Assembly (NCBI GenBank): GCA_965217995.1
Contig: CBDCKB010000004.1
Location: 2,123,729 to 2,187,728 of the forward strand
DNA: 64,000 nucleotides
DNA from: Rhodobacterales bacterium
Lineage (GTDB): Bacteria > Pseudomonadota > Alphaproteobacteria > Rhodobacterales > CAZPXZ01
Direction: 5' to 3'
Below are positions 31,716-41,805 of the stretch, piece by piece. The stretch's first letter is position 1; every line of letters starts with the position of its first letter. A program made the translations under genes and the position numbers. The notes under the pieces were generated by a model, which was given only the letters and a program-made list of their open reading frames with translations, did no database searches and was not told the DNA's origin.

Positions 31716-32948
31716 TTATCGGTCGCCGCCCTCCTCAAGGATGGTGTCGACCACGACCTCGGAATGCAGCGTCCGGTGCACCGGGCATTTTTCGGCGATG
31801 GCCAGCAGGCTGGCGCGCTGCTCCGCATCAAGCGCCCCCTCAAGCACCAGCACCCGCTCGATGCGGTCGATCTTGCCGCCCTGGGTCTCGCAGGCCGCGC
31901 AATCCTCGGCATGCACCTTGTTGTGGCGCAGGGTGACCCGGGCCCGGTCCAGCGGCAGACCCTTGCGGTCGGCATAGATGCGCAGGGTCATCGTCGTGCA
32001 GGCGCCAAGGCCAGCAAGCAGGAAGTCGTAGGGCGTCGGCCCGGTATTGCCGCCGCCAACATTCGGCGGCTCGTCGGCCCGCAGCGCATGCCGGCCGCCG
32101 ACCCAGATCTGCTGGGCGAATTTGCCATCGTCGGCCTCGCTCACCACCACCTCGTTGGCACTCCCCTCGGCCTGCGGCTCCTCTCCCTGCCGCACGAACC
32201 GGCTCGACCAGGCCGAAATCACATCGGCCGCATAGGCCGCGTCCTCACGCCGGGTCAGCAGATGGTCCGCGTCATCCAGCGAGACAAAACTCTTGGGATG
32301 CTTGGCGGCGGCAAAAATCTCGGCCGCGTTGCTGATGCCGACGACCTTGTCATGCGGACCATGCATCACCAGCAGCGCCTTGCCGAGTTTGCCGATCGCG
32401 GCCACCTGGTTCTGGTTCTGGATGTCGTCGAGGAATTGCTGGGTGATGGAGAACGGGCGGCCGCCGAGCTTCACCTCGACCGCGCCCTTCGCCTCGATCT
32501 CGGCAAGATTGTCCGTAAACCGCTCGGCGACATGCGCGGCATCGCAGGGTGCGCCGATGGTCGCAACCGCCACCGCTTCCGGCACCGAGCCCGCGGCCGC
32601 CAGCACCGCCGCACCGCCCAGACTGTGCCCGACCAGAATTCGCGGAGCCTCATGGTTCTCGCGCAGATAGTCGGCCGCCCGCAGCAGGTCGGCCACATTG
32701 GAGGAGAAATTGGTGGAGGCGAATTCGCCGTCGCTGTGGCCGAGACCCGTAAAGTCAAACCGGAGCACCGCGATGCCATGCGCGGCGAGGCCGGCCGAGA
32801 CCCGGGCGGCCGCGAACACATCCTTCGAGCAGGTGAAGCAGTGCGCGAACAGCGCATAGGCCCGGGGAGGGCCGGGCGGCAGATCCAGACGTGCGGCAAG
32901 TGTCGAGCCGAGCGAGCCGGTGAAGGCGACACGATTGGGAGCGGACAT
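31716..32948 (-). CDS. alpha/beta hydrolase - OsmC family fusion protein
   Basis: Start MSAPNRVAF inside ORF 31716..35075; GHSLGG nucleophile elbow; C-terminal ..GLGACTTMT..EKCPVHRTL (OsmC). Confidence 0.85.
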   Translation of the reverse strand: MSAPNRVAFTGSLGSTLAARLDLPPGPPRAYALFAHCFTCSKDVFAAARVSAGLAAHGIAVLRFDFTGLGHSDGEFASTNFSSNVADLLRAADYLRENHEAPRILVGHSLGGAAVLAAAGSVPEAVAVATIGAPCDAAHVAERFTDNLAEIEAKGAVEVKLGGRPFSITQQFLDDIQNQNQVAAIGKLGKALLVMHGPHDKVVGISNAAEIFAAAKHPKSFVSLDDADHLLTRREDAAYAADVISAWSSRFVRQGEEPQAEGSANEVVVSEADDGKFAQQIWVGGRHALRADEPPNVGGGNTGPTPYDFLLAGLGACTTMTLRIYADRKGLPLDRARVTLRHNKVHAEDCAACETQGGKIDRIERVLVLEGALDAEQRASLLAIAEKCPVHRTLHSEVVVDTILEEGGDR

Positions 32949-33098
32949 GGGTTGAAACCTCCAGCTGCGGCACGGTCCCCCGCAAGATACGGCCGGTGAC
33001 GGGGAATGCGACTCCCGCTCCGCCGGATGCGGTGCTTGACGACCGGGCAGAACGGAAGAACCATAACCGACCTTCGAGCCGCCGTTTCCGGATCCCGC

Positions 33099-35153
33099 AT
33101 GCCAACCGCCCCCCTTCCGCCCGCTGTCCACGGACCAGCGCGTCACGCCCGTATGGCCGGTGCCCTGCGGGCCCTTGCCATCGACGCCGTCGAAAAGGCC
33201 CAGTCCGGCCATCCGGGCATGCCGATGGGCATGGCCGATGCGGTGACGGTCCTGTTCGACCGGCATCTGCGTGCCGATCCCGCCGCGCCGCGATGGCCGA
33301 ACCGGGACCGGTTCGTGCTCTCGGCCGGGCATGGCTCGATGCTGCTCTACGGACTCCTGCATCTGCTCGGCCATGCCGACATGCCGATGGCCGAACTGCG
33401 CCGCTTCCGCCAGCTCGGCGCGCGCACCGCCGGCCACCCGGAATACGGCCATGCCGCCGGCATCGAGACCACCACCGGGCCGCTCGGCCAGGGCCTGGCC
33501 GCCGCGGTCGGCATGGCCATGGGCGAGCGCTGGCTGCGCGAACGACTCGGCCGCAGGCTCATCGACCACCATGTCTATGTGGTCGTCGGCGATGGCTGCC
33601 TGATGGAGGGAATCAGCCATGAAGCGATCTCCCTCGCCGGCCATCTCGGACTCGGCAAGCTGATCGTGCTGTTTGACGACAATGGCATCTCGATCGACGG
33701 CGCGGTCTCGCTCGCCGACTCGACCGACCAGGCCGCGCGCTTCCGCGCCGCCGGCTGGGACGCCACATGCATTGACGGGCACGATCCGGAAGCCGTCCAC
33801 CGCGCCCTCGCGGAGGCCAAGCGCACCACCCGGCCGAGTCTGATCTGCTGTCGGACGACCATCGGACTGGGCGCCCCGGACAAGCAGGGCACCGCCGCCG
33901 CGCATGGCGCACCGCTCGGAGCCCCGGAGGCCCGGGCGGCAAAACAGGCCTATGGCTGGACCGAGCCTCCCTTCCGGATTCCGCACCGGGTGCTGCAGGA
34001 CTGGCGGGCGGCGGGACGGCGGAGCCACCGACGGCGCATCGCCTGGGAGCGGCATCTGCGGGAGCTTCCGAAATCCGCCCGCCGGCAGGCCGCGGTCTTT
34101 CTCGACGGGGCCATCCCACCGGAGTTCGGCCAGGAGATGCTCCGGCTGAAGCGGCGGCTTTCCCGGGAACGACCGAAACTCGCCACCCGCAAGGCGTCGG
34201 AACTGGCCCTCGAAGTGGTCAATGAACTGATCCCGACGACCCTCGGCGGCTCGGCCGACCTGACCGGCTCCAACAACACCCGCACCCGCGGTCTCGCCGC
34301 GATCACCCCCGAGGATTTCTCGGGCCGCTATGTGCATTGGGGAATCCGCGAGCATGCCATGGTCGCGGCCATGAGCGGCCTCGCCACCCAGGGCGGAATC
34401 ATTCCCTATAGCGGCACGTTCCTCGCCTTCACCGACTACGCACGGCCGTCCATCCGGCTGGCCGCCCTGATGGGCCTGCGGGCGATCTATGTGATGACCC
34501 ATGATTCGATCGGGCTGGGCGAGGACGGCCCCACCCACCAGCCGGTCGAGCATCTGGCGATGCTGCGGGCCACCCCCAACCTGCTCGTGTTCCGCCCCGC
34601 GGATGCGGTGGAGACCGTGGAAAGCTGGCAGCTGGCCCTCGAATCCCGCGATGCCCCCAGTGTGATCGTCCTCTCCCGACAGGGCCTCCCGACCGTTCGG
34701 GAGAAGCATCGCGCAGGAAATCTTTCCGCCCGGGGGGCCTATGTCCTGGCCGAGGCGGAGGGGGACTGCCAGGTGCTCCTGATCGCCACCGGCTCCGAGG
34801 TCAGCATCGCCATGGAGGCGCGCGGGAAGCTCCAGCAACGGGGGATTCCGACCCGGGTCGTCTCGATGCCCTGCGAGGAGCTGTTCCGCCGCCAGACCCC
34901 CGCCTGGCGGCGCAAGGTGCTGCCCTCCGGCCCCGTGCGGATCGCCATCGAGGCCGCGGCAGAACGGGGCTGGGAACGCTGGCTCTATGGCAGCGGCGGC
35001 AGCGAGGCAGGGAGCGCTTTCGTCGGCATGCGGTCCTTCGGGGCCTCGGCCCCGGCGCCGGACCTCTACCGGCATTTCGGAATCGACACCGGATCGGTGG
35101 TCCGCACGGCGCGGCGCCTGCTCCGGCAGTCCAAGATGGAGACCCCCTCATGA
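33099..35153 (+). CDS. tkt: transketolase
   Basis: ..[35 protein letters not shown].. Confidence 0.95.
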   Translation: MPTAPLPPAVHGPARHARMAGALRALAIDAVEKAQSGHPGMPMGMADAVTVLFDRHLRADPAAPRWPNRDRFVLSAGHGSMLLYGLLHLLGHADMPMAELRRFRQLGARTAGHPEYGHAAGIETTTGPLGQGLAAAVGMAMGERWLRERLGRRLIDHHVYVVVGDGCLMEGISHEAISLAGHLGLGKLIVLFDDNGISIDGAVSLADSTDQAARFRAAGWDATCIDGHDPEAVHRALAEAKRTTRPSLICCRTTIGLGAPDKQGTAAAHGAPLGAPEARAAKQAYGWTEPPFRIPHRVLQDWRAAGRRSHRRRIAWERHLRELPKSARRQAAVFLDGAIPPEFGQEMLRLKRRLSRERPKLATRKASELALEVVNELIPTTLGGSADLTGSNNTRTRGLAAITPEDFSGRYVHWGIREHAMVAAMSGLATQGGIIPYSGTFLAFTDYARPSIRLAALMGLRAIYVMTHDSIGLGEDGPTHQPVEHLAMLRATPNLLVFRPADAVETVESWQLALESRDAPSVIVLSRQGLPTVREKHRAGNLSARGAYVLAEAEGDCQVLLIATGSEVSIAMEARGKLQQRGIPTRVVSMPCEELFRRQTPAWRRKVLPSGPVRIAIEAAAERGWERWLYGSGGSEAGSAFVGMRSFGASAPAPDLYRHFGIDTGSVVRTARRLLRQSKMETPS

Positions 35154-36166
35154 AGAAAGCAAGACTGGCCATCAACGGATTCGGCCGCATCGGCCGGTGC
35201 GTGCTCCGGGCGGTTGTGGAATCGGAACGCCAGGATCTCGAAGTGGTGGCGGTGAATGATCTCGGCCCAGCCGACTTCAACGCACATCTGCTCCGCTACG
35301 ATTCCGTGCACGGGCGCTTTCCGCACCCCGTCTCTGTCGACGGGGCGACGGGCAGCATGAATGTCGGCTTGGGCCCGATCCGGGTCACCGCCGAGCGCGA
35401 CCCGGCCCGGCTCCCCTGGGGGGAGATGGAGGTCGATGTGGTGCTCGAATGCACCGGCATCTTTGCCTCGCACGACAAGGCCGCCACGCATCTCGAAGCC
35501 GGTGCCCGCAAAGTCCTGATTTCGGCCCCGGCGGAGGGAGTCGCCAAGACCATCGTCTTCGGCGTCAATCACGAAATACTTGCCGACGGCGACCGCGTGG
35601 TCTCCAACGCCTCCTGCACCACCAACTGCCTGGCACCGGTGGCCCGGGTGCTGCATGAGAGCGTCGGCATCGAGCACGGCCATATGACCACGATCCACGC
35701 CTATACCGGCGACCAGCCGGCACTCGACACGCTGCACAAGGACCCCTATCGGGCCCGCGCCGCCGCGGTGTCCGCGATCCCGACCTCGACCGGGGCCGCG
35801 AAAGCGGTCGCCAAGGTGCTGCCCGAGCTCGCCGGGCGCCTCGACGGCGTGGCGATCCGTATCCCGACGCCCAATGTCTCGGCCGTCGACCTGACTTTCG
35901 TGCCCTCGCGCAAGACCACCGCCGAGGAGATCAACGAGGCGTTCCGGGCCGCCGCAGAAGGACCGCTGCGCGGCATCATGGCCTTCGACGAAGCCCCGAA
36001 AGTGTCGATCGACTACAACCACGACCCGCATTCCGCGAGCATCGCCGCGCCGCAGACGCGGATGGTCGGGGACCGGCTGGCCCGGGTCTTCGCGTGGTAT
36101 GACAATGAGTGGGGTTTCTCGAACCGGATGTGCGACACCGCCGCCGCACTCGCCCGGATGGAATGA
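35150..36166 (+). CDS. gap: glyceraldehyde-3-phosphate dehydrogenase
   Basis: ..[21 protein letters not shown]..; 4-nt overlap with the tkt stop. Confidence 0.95.
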   Translation: MKKARLAINGFGRIGRCVLRAVVESERQDLEVVAVNDLGPADFNAHLLRYDSVHGRFPHPVSVDGATGSMNVGLGPIRVTAERDPARLPWGEMEVDVVLECTGIFASHDKAATHLEAGARKVLISAPAEGVAKTIVFGVNHEILADGDRVVSNASCTTNCLAPVARVLHESVGIEHGHMTTIHAYTGDQPALDTLHKDPYRARAAAVSAIPTSTGAAKAVAKVLPELAGRLDGVAIRIPTPNVSAVDLTFVPSRKTTAEEINEAFRAAAEGPLRGIMAFDEAPKVSIDYNHDPHSASIAAPQTRMVGDRLARVFAWYDNEWGFSNRMCDTAAALARME

Positions 36167-36419
36167 ACGAACGCAGGTATCTGCCCCGGATCGGGGGAAG
36201 CCGAGGGACGCGCGGACGGAGTGCTGGGGTCTTCCCGTTCCGCCCGCGGCAATCCGCGGGATGACAGTTCAGGACTGATCCGCATCGCGGCGGGCAACCC
36301 GGGATCCCTGTCTGGTCCCTGCCGGGTGGATCGAGGTTCTCAAGCGGGAGGACAGCCGCCTCTTCCGGGGGCGGAGTTCGTCAAATTCCCCCTATGGCCG
36401 TCATCCTGCAGGCCCGCTG

Positions 36420-37568
36420 CTAGGCCGCCGTCACCAGCGTTTTCTTCGGATCATGGAAGGGCATCGGCACCACCACGGCACCCCGCTCCCCATCTGCGCA
36501 CGCAACCGTGAGGCGGGTTCCTTCCGCCGCCGTCGCGGTCGCGACCAAAGCCAGCGCAATGTTCTTCTTCAAGCGCGGCGAATGCACCACCGTGCTCGCA
36601 TGCCCGACCCTTTCCCCCTCCCGGAAAACCGGCCAGTGCTCCTCGTTGCCGGGGATCGGATCCCCCTCGATCTCGAGCCCGGCCAGACGCCGGGCGGGCG
36701 GGTGGGCGGCCAGTGCCTCCAGGGCCGGCCGGGCGAGATAGTCGAGGCCCTCCCCGAAGGAGACCAGCCGCGCGAGGCCGATCTCGAAGGGATTTTCCGT
36801 CAGCCCCATATCGTTGCCATAGGAGAGGATGCCCGCCTCGGTGCGGCGGATGGTCGACGGGCAGGCCGGGGCCACGCCATAGGGTTTGCCGGCCTCCATC
36901 AGCCGTTCCCAGAGCGTGTCGCCGAAACGGCCGTCGCGGAGAAACACCTCATAGCCGCGCTCGCCGCTCCAGCCCGTGCGCGAGACCAGGAGCGGCATGC
37001 CGTCGAGTTCGGTCTCGTAGAACCGGTAGTAGCGAAGTTCCCTGGCCTGCGGCCCGAACAGGTCCCCGATCAGATCGACGGCGCGAGGTCCCTGGACCTG
37101 CAGGGGGCTGACATCGGGCTCGCCGAGGGCCACATCCCAGCCACCGGCCGCGGCCAGCCCCTTGGCCCAGAGCAGCGCATCGCTGTCGGCGAGCGAGAAC
37201 CAGAACCGGTCGGGCGCAAGCCGCAGCGCGATCGGATCGTTGACGATCCCGCCCTGTTCGTCGGTGAGGAGGACGTATTTCGCCTGCCCGACCTCGAAGC
37301 CCGAAAGATCCCGGCAGGTGAGATACTGGGCGAAGCGCGCCGCGTCGGGGCCGCTGACCTCGAGCTGCCGCTCGCAGGCGACATCCCACACCGTCACCTT
37401 TTCAATGAGATTCCAGAAATCCGCTTCCGGGCTTTCATACCAGAGCGGCATCAAGGTGTGGTTGTAGACCGAATAGGCCTGCGCACCCCAGCGCCTTGTG
37501 GCTTCGTAGAACGGCGATTTCCGGACCCGAGGGGCGATTCCGAGGAGAGGCAGCGGCCTCTGCATCAA
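36420..37568 (-). CDS. aminomethyltransferase (GcvT/DmdA-like) family protein
   Basis: 382 aa; ..LQVQGP..SRTGWSGERGYEV.. Confidence 0.85.
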   Translation of the reverse strand: MMQRPLPLLGIAPRVRKSPFYEATRRWGAQAYSVYNHTLMPLWYESPEADFWNLIEKVTVWDVACERQLEVSGPDAARFAQYLTCRDLSGFEVGQAKYVLLTDEQGGIVNDPIALRLAPDRFWFSLADSDALLWAKGLAAAGGWDVALGEPDVSPLQVQGPRAVDLIGDLFGPQARELRYYRFYETELDGMPLLVSRTGWSGERGYEVFLRDGRFGDTLWERLMEAGKPYGVAPACPSTIRRTEAGILSYGNDMGLTENPFEIGLARLVSFGEGLDYLARPALEALAAHPPARRLAGLEIEGDPIPGNEEHWPVFREGERVGHASTVVHSPRLKKNIALALVATATAAEGTRLTVACADGERGAVVVPMPFHDPKKTLVTAA

Positions 37569-38173
37569 GGTCCCTTCCAGTCGACCTGACAGATTTCGGC
37601 ACTCCGCCCGGACAGGTTCCAGGCCCGTCCGGCCGCGCGCACGCGCCCCTCCAGGGCGGTGGCCACGACGATCTCCGGCGCGATCCAGTAGCGGGAATTC
37701 GTGACCGTCACCGGCTGGCCTTCGGCATTCCCCGGCACCGGCACCACCCGCCCCCGGATCCGCTTCGGCACTTCAATGATCCGCTCCTCGCCTTGGTTCT
37801 GGTAGCTGACCGGCGCACGCTCGGCACCGAGGAAATTCCCGACCAGCACCGAGAACAGACCGGTCGTGCCGCGCGCCTTGCCGCTCAGGATCCGGGTCAG
37901 CCCCTCAAAGGCAGGATCGTTCGCACGCTCGTCGATCCAGGCCGCGACCGACCAGTTCCCTTCGCTCATCCGCCCGGGGATGTCGATCAGAAAGGCGACG
38001 TTCAGCCCGGCCAGATCCTCGTCCCCCGTCTTTCCCTCATCGATCCGCAGCCCCGCCCAGGTCTGGCAGTAGCCCTGTGTCGGCGGATGTTCCCCCAGTG
38101 ACACCACGCACGGGCAGAACACCGTGCAATTGCAATTGAGCACCAATTCGCCCTTGATCGACCAGGAATCCAT
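37565..38173 (-). CDS. DUF1326 domain protein
   Basis: ..LNCNCTVFCPCV.. Cys-rich N-terminus; stop overlaps the downstream GcvT-like start (ATGA). Confidence 0.7.
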   Translation of the reverse strand: MDSWSIKGELVLNCNCTVFCPCVVSLGEHPPTQGYCQTWAGLRIDEGKTGDEDLAGLNVAFLIDIPGRMSEGNWSVAAWIDERANDPAFEGLTRILSGKARGTTGLFSVLVGNFLGAERAPVSYQNQGEERIIEVPKRIRGRVVPVPGNAEGQPVTVTNSRYWIAPEIVVATALEGRVRAAGRAWNLSGRSAEICQVDWKGP

Positions 38174-38185
38174 TCACTCTCTCCC

Positions 38186-39001
38186 CTAATCCACAACCGC
38201 CGCCCGGATGGCGACCGCCGCAGCAGCAGCCAAAAGTATCAGCGCAACCGTTCCGCGTATATGGTTGCGCGGACCCGGCAGCTTTTCCAGAACCATAATC
38301 CCCGTCGCCGCCACCATCCAGAGCGTATTCATCACGCCACCCACAAAAGCCAGCAGCATCAGCGCCCAGCAGCAGGCCGCGCAGAACATCCCCTGCTGCA
38401 GGCCCATCACCAGGGCACCGCCGGCACCGTCCCGCCAGCGGGCGAAGAAAAACCGGAACGGCTCGCGGCATTTCACGAGGCAGGCCTCCTTCCAGCTGGT
38501 CAGCTGGTAGCCGCCGGCCAGGGCCAGGAGCACGGCCACCGCCCAGGGCGTTTCCGCAATCCCGACCCGGTCGACCAGACCCTGTGCGTACAGCACCGTC
38601 TGCAGCGACGCCGCGAGAACGGCATAGCCGAGCCAGACGAGCAGATAGCCGGCGGCAAGAGCCGGCAGTCCCCCTTGAGGAGGCCGCCGGCCGCCGGCGC
38701 GACCGAGCCCGGCATAGACCGACAGGAACGGCACCGCGCCGGGCCCCATCATCGCGACGGCCATCAAGGACCACATCAGCAGGAGGGCCCGGAATTCCTG
38801 CGGCTCCGCTCCAGCGCGGCAGATCTCGCCCGCCCAGCGCAGAACCCCGAGCACGCCGGTGCCGCTCCCGGGATTCGAAAGCGACAGGGACATGCCGAGC
38901 AGGAGTGCCCAGGCAGCGAGGATGGCGGCGGTGAACACGCCCCAGAAACCGAAAGTCCGGTAGCCGCCAGCGGCGGCGGCCATGGTTCCGCCAACACTCA
39001 T
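38186..39001 (-). CDS. DUF2182 (predicted metal-binding integral membrane) protein
   Basis: Polytopic hydrophobic ORF. The start at the internal ATG (MSVGGTMAAAAGG) avoids overlap with the upstream gene. Confidence 0.65.
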   Translation of the reverse strand: MSVGGTMAAAAGGYRTFGFWGVFTAAILAAWALLLGMSLSLSNPGSGTGVLGVLRWAGEICRAGAEPQEFRALLLMWSLMAVAMMGPGAVPFLSVYAGLGRAGGRRPPQGGLPALAAGYLLVWLGYAVLAASLQTVLYAQGLVDRVGIAETPWAVAVLLALAGGYQLTSWKEACLVKCREPFRFFFARWRDGAGGALVMGLQQGMFCAACCWALMLLAFVGGVMNTLWMVAATGIMVLEKLPGPRNHIRGTVALILLAAAAAVAIRAAVVD

Positions 39002-39006
39002 TTCGT

Positions 39007-39867
39007 TCAGACCGCGGTTGCGCGCGCCAGTTCCAGATAGATCTCCCGCAGCCGGCACGTCAGCGGCCCTTGCCGGCCATTGGAGAGAATGCGCCCGTCG
39101 ACCGACACCACGCCGGTGACCAGGCCCCCGGCCGAGGTCAGGAACGCCTCCGCCGCCTCCTGCGCCTCCCCGGGCGTGAAGGGACGCTCCTCAATCTCGA
39201 TTCCGTTCTCCGCCGCCAGTCGCAGGACTGCCGCACGCGTGCACCCGGCCAGAATCGCCCGTGAGAGCGGCCGGGTGACGAGTTTGCCCGTCTCGGTGAC
39301 GATATAGACATTGTTCGACGTGCCCTCGGTGACAAAACCGTCCTCGACAAACCACGCATCATCCGCGCCGGCCTCGACCGCCGCCCGCTTGGCCAGCGAG
39401 GCGCCCAGGAGCGCGACAGTCTTGATATCGCGTCGCCCCCAGCGGATCTCCGGCACGGTAATGACCCGGATGCCGGATTCAGCCGAGGCCGCCCCGGCGA
39501 GGTCGATGATCTGGGTAAACATGAAAACGGTCGGGGGCAGCCCCGTGGGAGGCAGGAAATCGCGCTCGGCGACACCGCGCGAGACCTGGAGATAGACCAC
39601 CCCCCCCTCGAGGTGGTTCCGGCTGACAAGCTCCCGCATCCGGCCGAGGATTTCTGCATCCGTGTCGGGAAGGTCGATCTGAAGCTCGCCAAGCGAACGG
39701 CGCAGGCGGGCAAAATGGGACTCGGTATCGGTGAGCTTCCCCTCGAGTACCGCGCAGACCTCATAGATGGCATCGGCAAAGAGCACGGCGCGGTCGAAGA
39801 CCGAGATCCGGGCCTCGGATTGGGGGACAAACTCCCCGTTGACATACACGATCCGTTCGTCCGTCAT
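39007..39867 (-). CDS. class IV (D-amino-acid/branched-chain) aminotransferase
   Basis: ..YVNGEFVP..ISVFDR..YLQVSRG.. Confidence 0.85.
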   Translation of the reverse strand: MTDERIVYVNGEFVPQSEARISVFDRAVLFADAIYEVCAVLEGKLTDTESHFARLRRSLGELQIDLPDTDAEILGRMRELVSRNHLEGGVVYLQVSRGVAERDFLPPTGLPPTVFMFTQIIDLAGAASAESGIRVITVPEIRWGRRDIKTVALLGASLAKRAAVEAGADDAWFVEDGFVTEGTSNNVYIVTETGKLVTRPLSRAILAGCTRAAVLRLAAENGIEIEERPFTPGEAQEAAEAFLTSAGGLVTGVVSVDGRILSNGRQGPLTCRLREIYLELARATAV

Positions 39868-39952
39868 GATCCATCAATCCCCCGTCCTCACAGCAGTGTC
39901 AAGCGAAAATTGTATTTGCAGAAATTTATTCTAAAATCCTTTTCCATCTACC

Positions 39953-39988
39953 CTATATCTATATCTATATCCATAGATATAGATATAG
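39953..39988. repeat. perfect AT-rich palindrome, 16-bp arms with a 4-nt centre
   Basis: ctatatctatatctat-atcc-atagatatagatatag, read directly; built from (CTATAT)n hexamers. Confidence 0.9.
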
Positions 39989-40094
39989 CAGTTGCGCTTC
40001 AGAGAAGCAGCTAGTATACACTGTCGTGACCGAGAGCAACAACTAGGAGCACAGTCATGGCCCAGCTATCGAAGAACGCACCGACCGACCAAGC

Positions 40095-40480
40095 GCACGG
40101 AAGACTCCAGCAATCGGAGATTCCGACCCGGATCGCCTCGATCCCCCGGAAGGAGCTGTACCTCCGCCAAGCCCCCGCCCAGCAGCGCAAGGTGCTGCCG
40201 CCTCCCAGCCCCGTGCAGACCACCATCGAGGCCGGGGCAGAGCGAAACGGGGAGTGCTGGCTCTATGGCAGCGGCAGCAGCGAGGCAGAGAGTGCTTTCG
40301 TCGGCATACAGTCCTTCGATGCCTCGGCCTCGGTGCTGTACCTCTGCCGGCATTTCGGGACCGACACGGTCGCTGCGGAAGACGAGAAATCCGAGAAGCC
40401 CGGCACCAAATCCCCGCGAAAGCAGGAGCATGGGAGAGCGCAAGGAATTCGGAGAACCGAATGTTCAACCGAAAAGATCA
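40095..40480 (+). pseudogene. relic copy of the tkt 3' end (and probably the tkt-gap junction)
   Basis: 40098-40385 aligns by eye to tkt 34828-35110. The translation ..IPTRIASIPRKELY..RKVLP..WLYGSGSSEAESAFVG..RHFGTD parallels the tkt C-terminus. Confidence 0.7.
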
Positions 40481-40764
40481 AGCGCAAGAAAAACGCCGAG
40501 AGGGCAGTGAAAAACGCAGAGATTCACGCCCGGCAAACTGACCTGAATTACATGCGGTTGCGGAACAGGCAGAGGCAGAACCGGCAACGGCGGAAGTCAA
40601 AAAAATTACTTCCGAGACGAAAGTCCCGTATGTGTTTGGGTGTCGGCAGGACTGCCCGTCCCCCCTGACCCACCGACCGCAGGGCCGGGAACTCCTCCAT
40701 GCCCCTCCCGCCGAATGAGGCCAGAAACATCCACATGCCCGGCACTTCCGGTATAGAAGCGGGC

Positions 40765-41796
40765 ATGACGACGGAACCCGCTCAGAACCCTGGAGGGGAG
40801 AAGGGCCACCTGCTCGTGACGGGCGGTGCCGGCTATATCGGCAGCCATGTGGCGCTGGCCTGTCTGGAGGCTGGCTACCGGATCGTGGTCCTCGACAACC
40901 TCTCCGCCGGGCATCCCTCCATGGTGCCGACGGCCTGCCATTTCATCGACGGCGATGCCGACGACCGCAACACCGTCCGCGCGATCCTCGCCGAGCACCC
41001 CATCAACGCCGTGGTGCATCTGGCTGCCAGTATCAGCGTCCCCGAATCCATGCGGGATCCTCTCCGCTACTACCGCAACAATACCGCTGCCAGCGCCAAC
41101 CTGATCCAGACCTGCATCGAGGCCGGAATCGGACAGTTTGTCTTTTCGTCAACGGCCGCCGTCTACGGCGCGCCCGACATCATCCCGGTATCCGAATCCG
41201 CCCCGACCCTTCCGGTCAACCCCTATGGCCGTTCGAAACTCGCCACCGAATGGGCCTTGCGGGATACCGCCGCCGCCCATGATTTCCGCTATGTCGCGCT
41301 CCGCTACTTCAACGTCGCCGGAGCCGACCCCCACGGGCGGGCCGGGCCGCACACAGGAGGCGCCACACATCTGATCACGGTTGCCTGCGAGGCCGCCGTC
41401 GGACTGCGCGACCACATCACCGTGTTCGGCACCGATTACAGCACCGCCGACGGCACCTGCGTGCGCGACTACATCCATGTCTCCGATCTTGCCGGAGCGC
41501 ATCTCGCCGCCCTTGACGATCTCAAGGCCGGCGGCACCAGCCGGGTCCTCAACTGCGGCTACGGCACCGGCCATTCCGTCCGCGAGGTGCTCGAAGCGGT
41601 GCAGGCCGAATCCGGAATCCGTCTCGACATCCGCGAGGGGGAGCGGCGGGCGGGCGACCCGCCGGCACTGGTCGCCGATACCCGCCAGATCCACGAGGCC
41701 CTGCGCTGGACCCCCCGCCACGACGATCTCCGCAGCATCGTCCGCAGCACGCTTGCCTGGAGTGAAGCATCCCTCCGCGCCGGAAAGCCGGAATAA
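40765..41796 (+). CDS. galE: UDP-glucose 4-epimerase
   Basis: ..LLVTGGAGYIGSH..; YxxxK SDR pattern; 343 aa. Confidence 0.9.
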   Translation: MTTEPAQNPGGEKGHLLVTGGAGYIGSHVALACLEAGYRIVVLDNLSAGHPSMVPTACHFIDGDADDRNTVRAILAEHPINAVVHLAASISVPESMRDPLRYYRNNTAASANLIQTCIEAGIGQFVFSSTAAVYGAPDIIPVSESAPTLPVNPYGRSKLATEWALRDTAAAHDFRYVALRYFNVAGADPHGRAGPHTGGATHLITVACEAAVGLRDHITVFGTDYSTADGTCVRDYIHVSDLAGAHLAALDDLKAGGTSRVLNCGYGTGHSVREVLEAVQAESGIRLDIREGERRAGDPPALVADTRQIHEALRWTPRHDDLRSIVRSTLAWSEASLRAGKPE

Positions 41797-41805
41797 GGCC
41801 CGCCG

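Larger units (their letters stand above)
30133..31760. repeat. two-unit tandem duplication (~0.8 kb each): ~30133-30930 and ~30950-31760
   Basis: The units align by eye end to end. Each includes a copy of the DUF4164 5' end and of the OsmC-gene 3' end. Confidence 0.85.

Noticed and set aside
36167-36419. Non-coding gap after gap, where pgk often follows in related genomes; includes the short hairpin ccccggatcgggg.
   Set aside because: No ORF with a coding signature and no convincing terminator or sRNA structure could be supported by eye.
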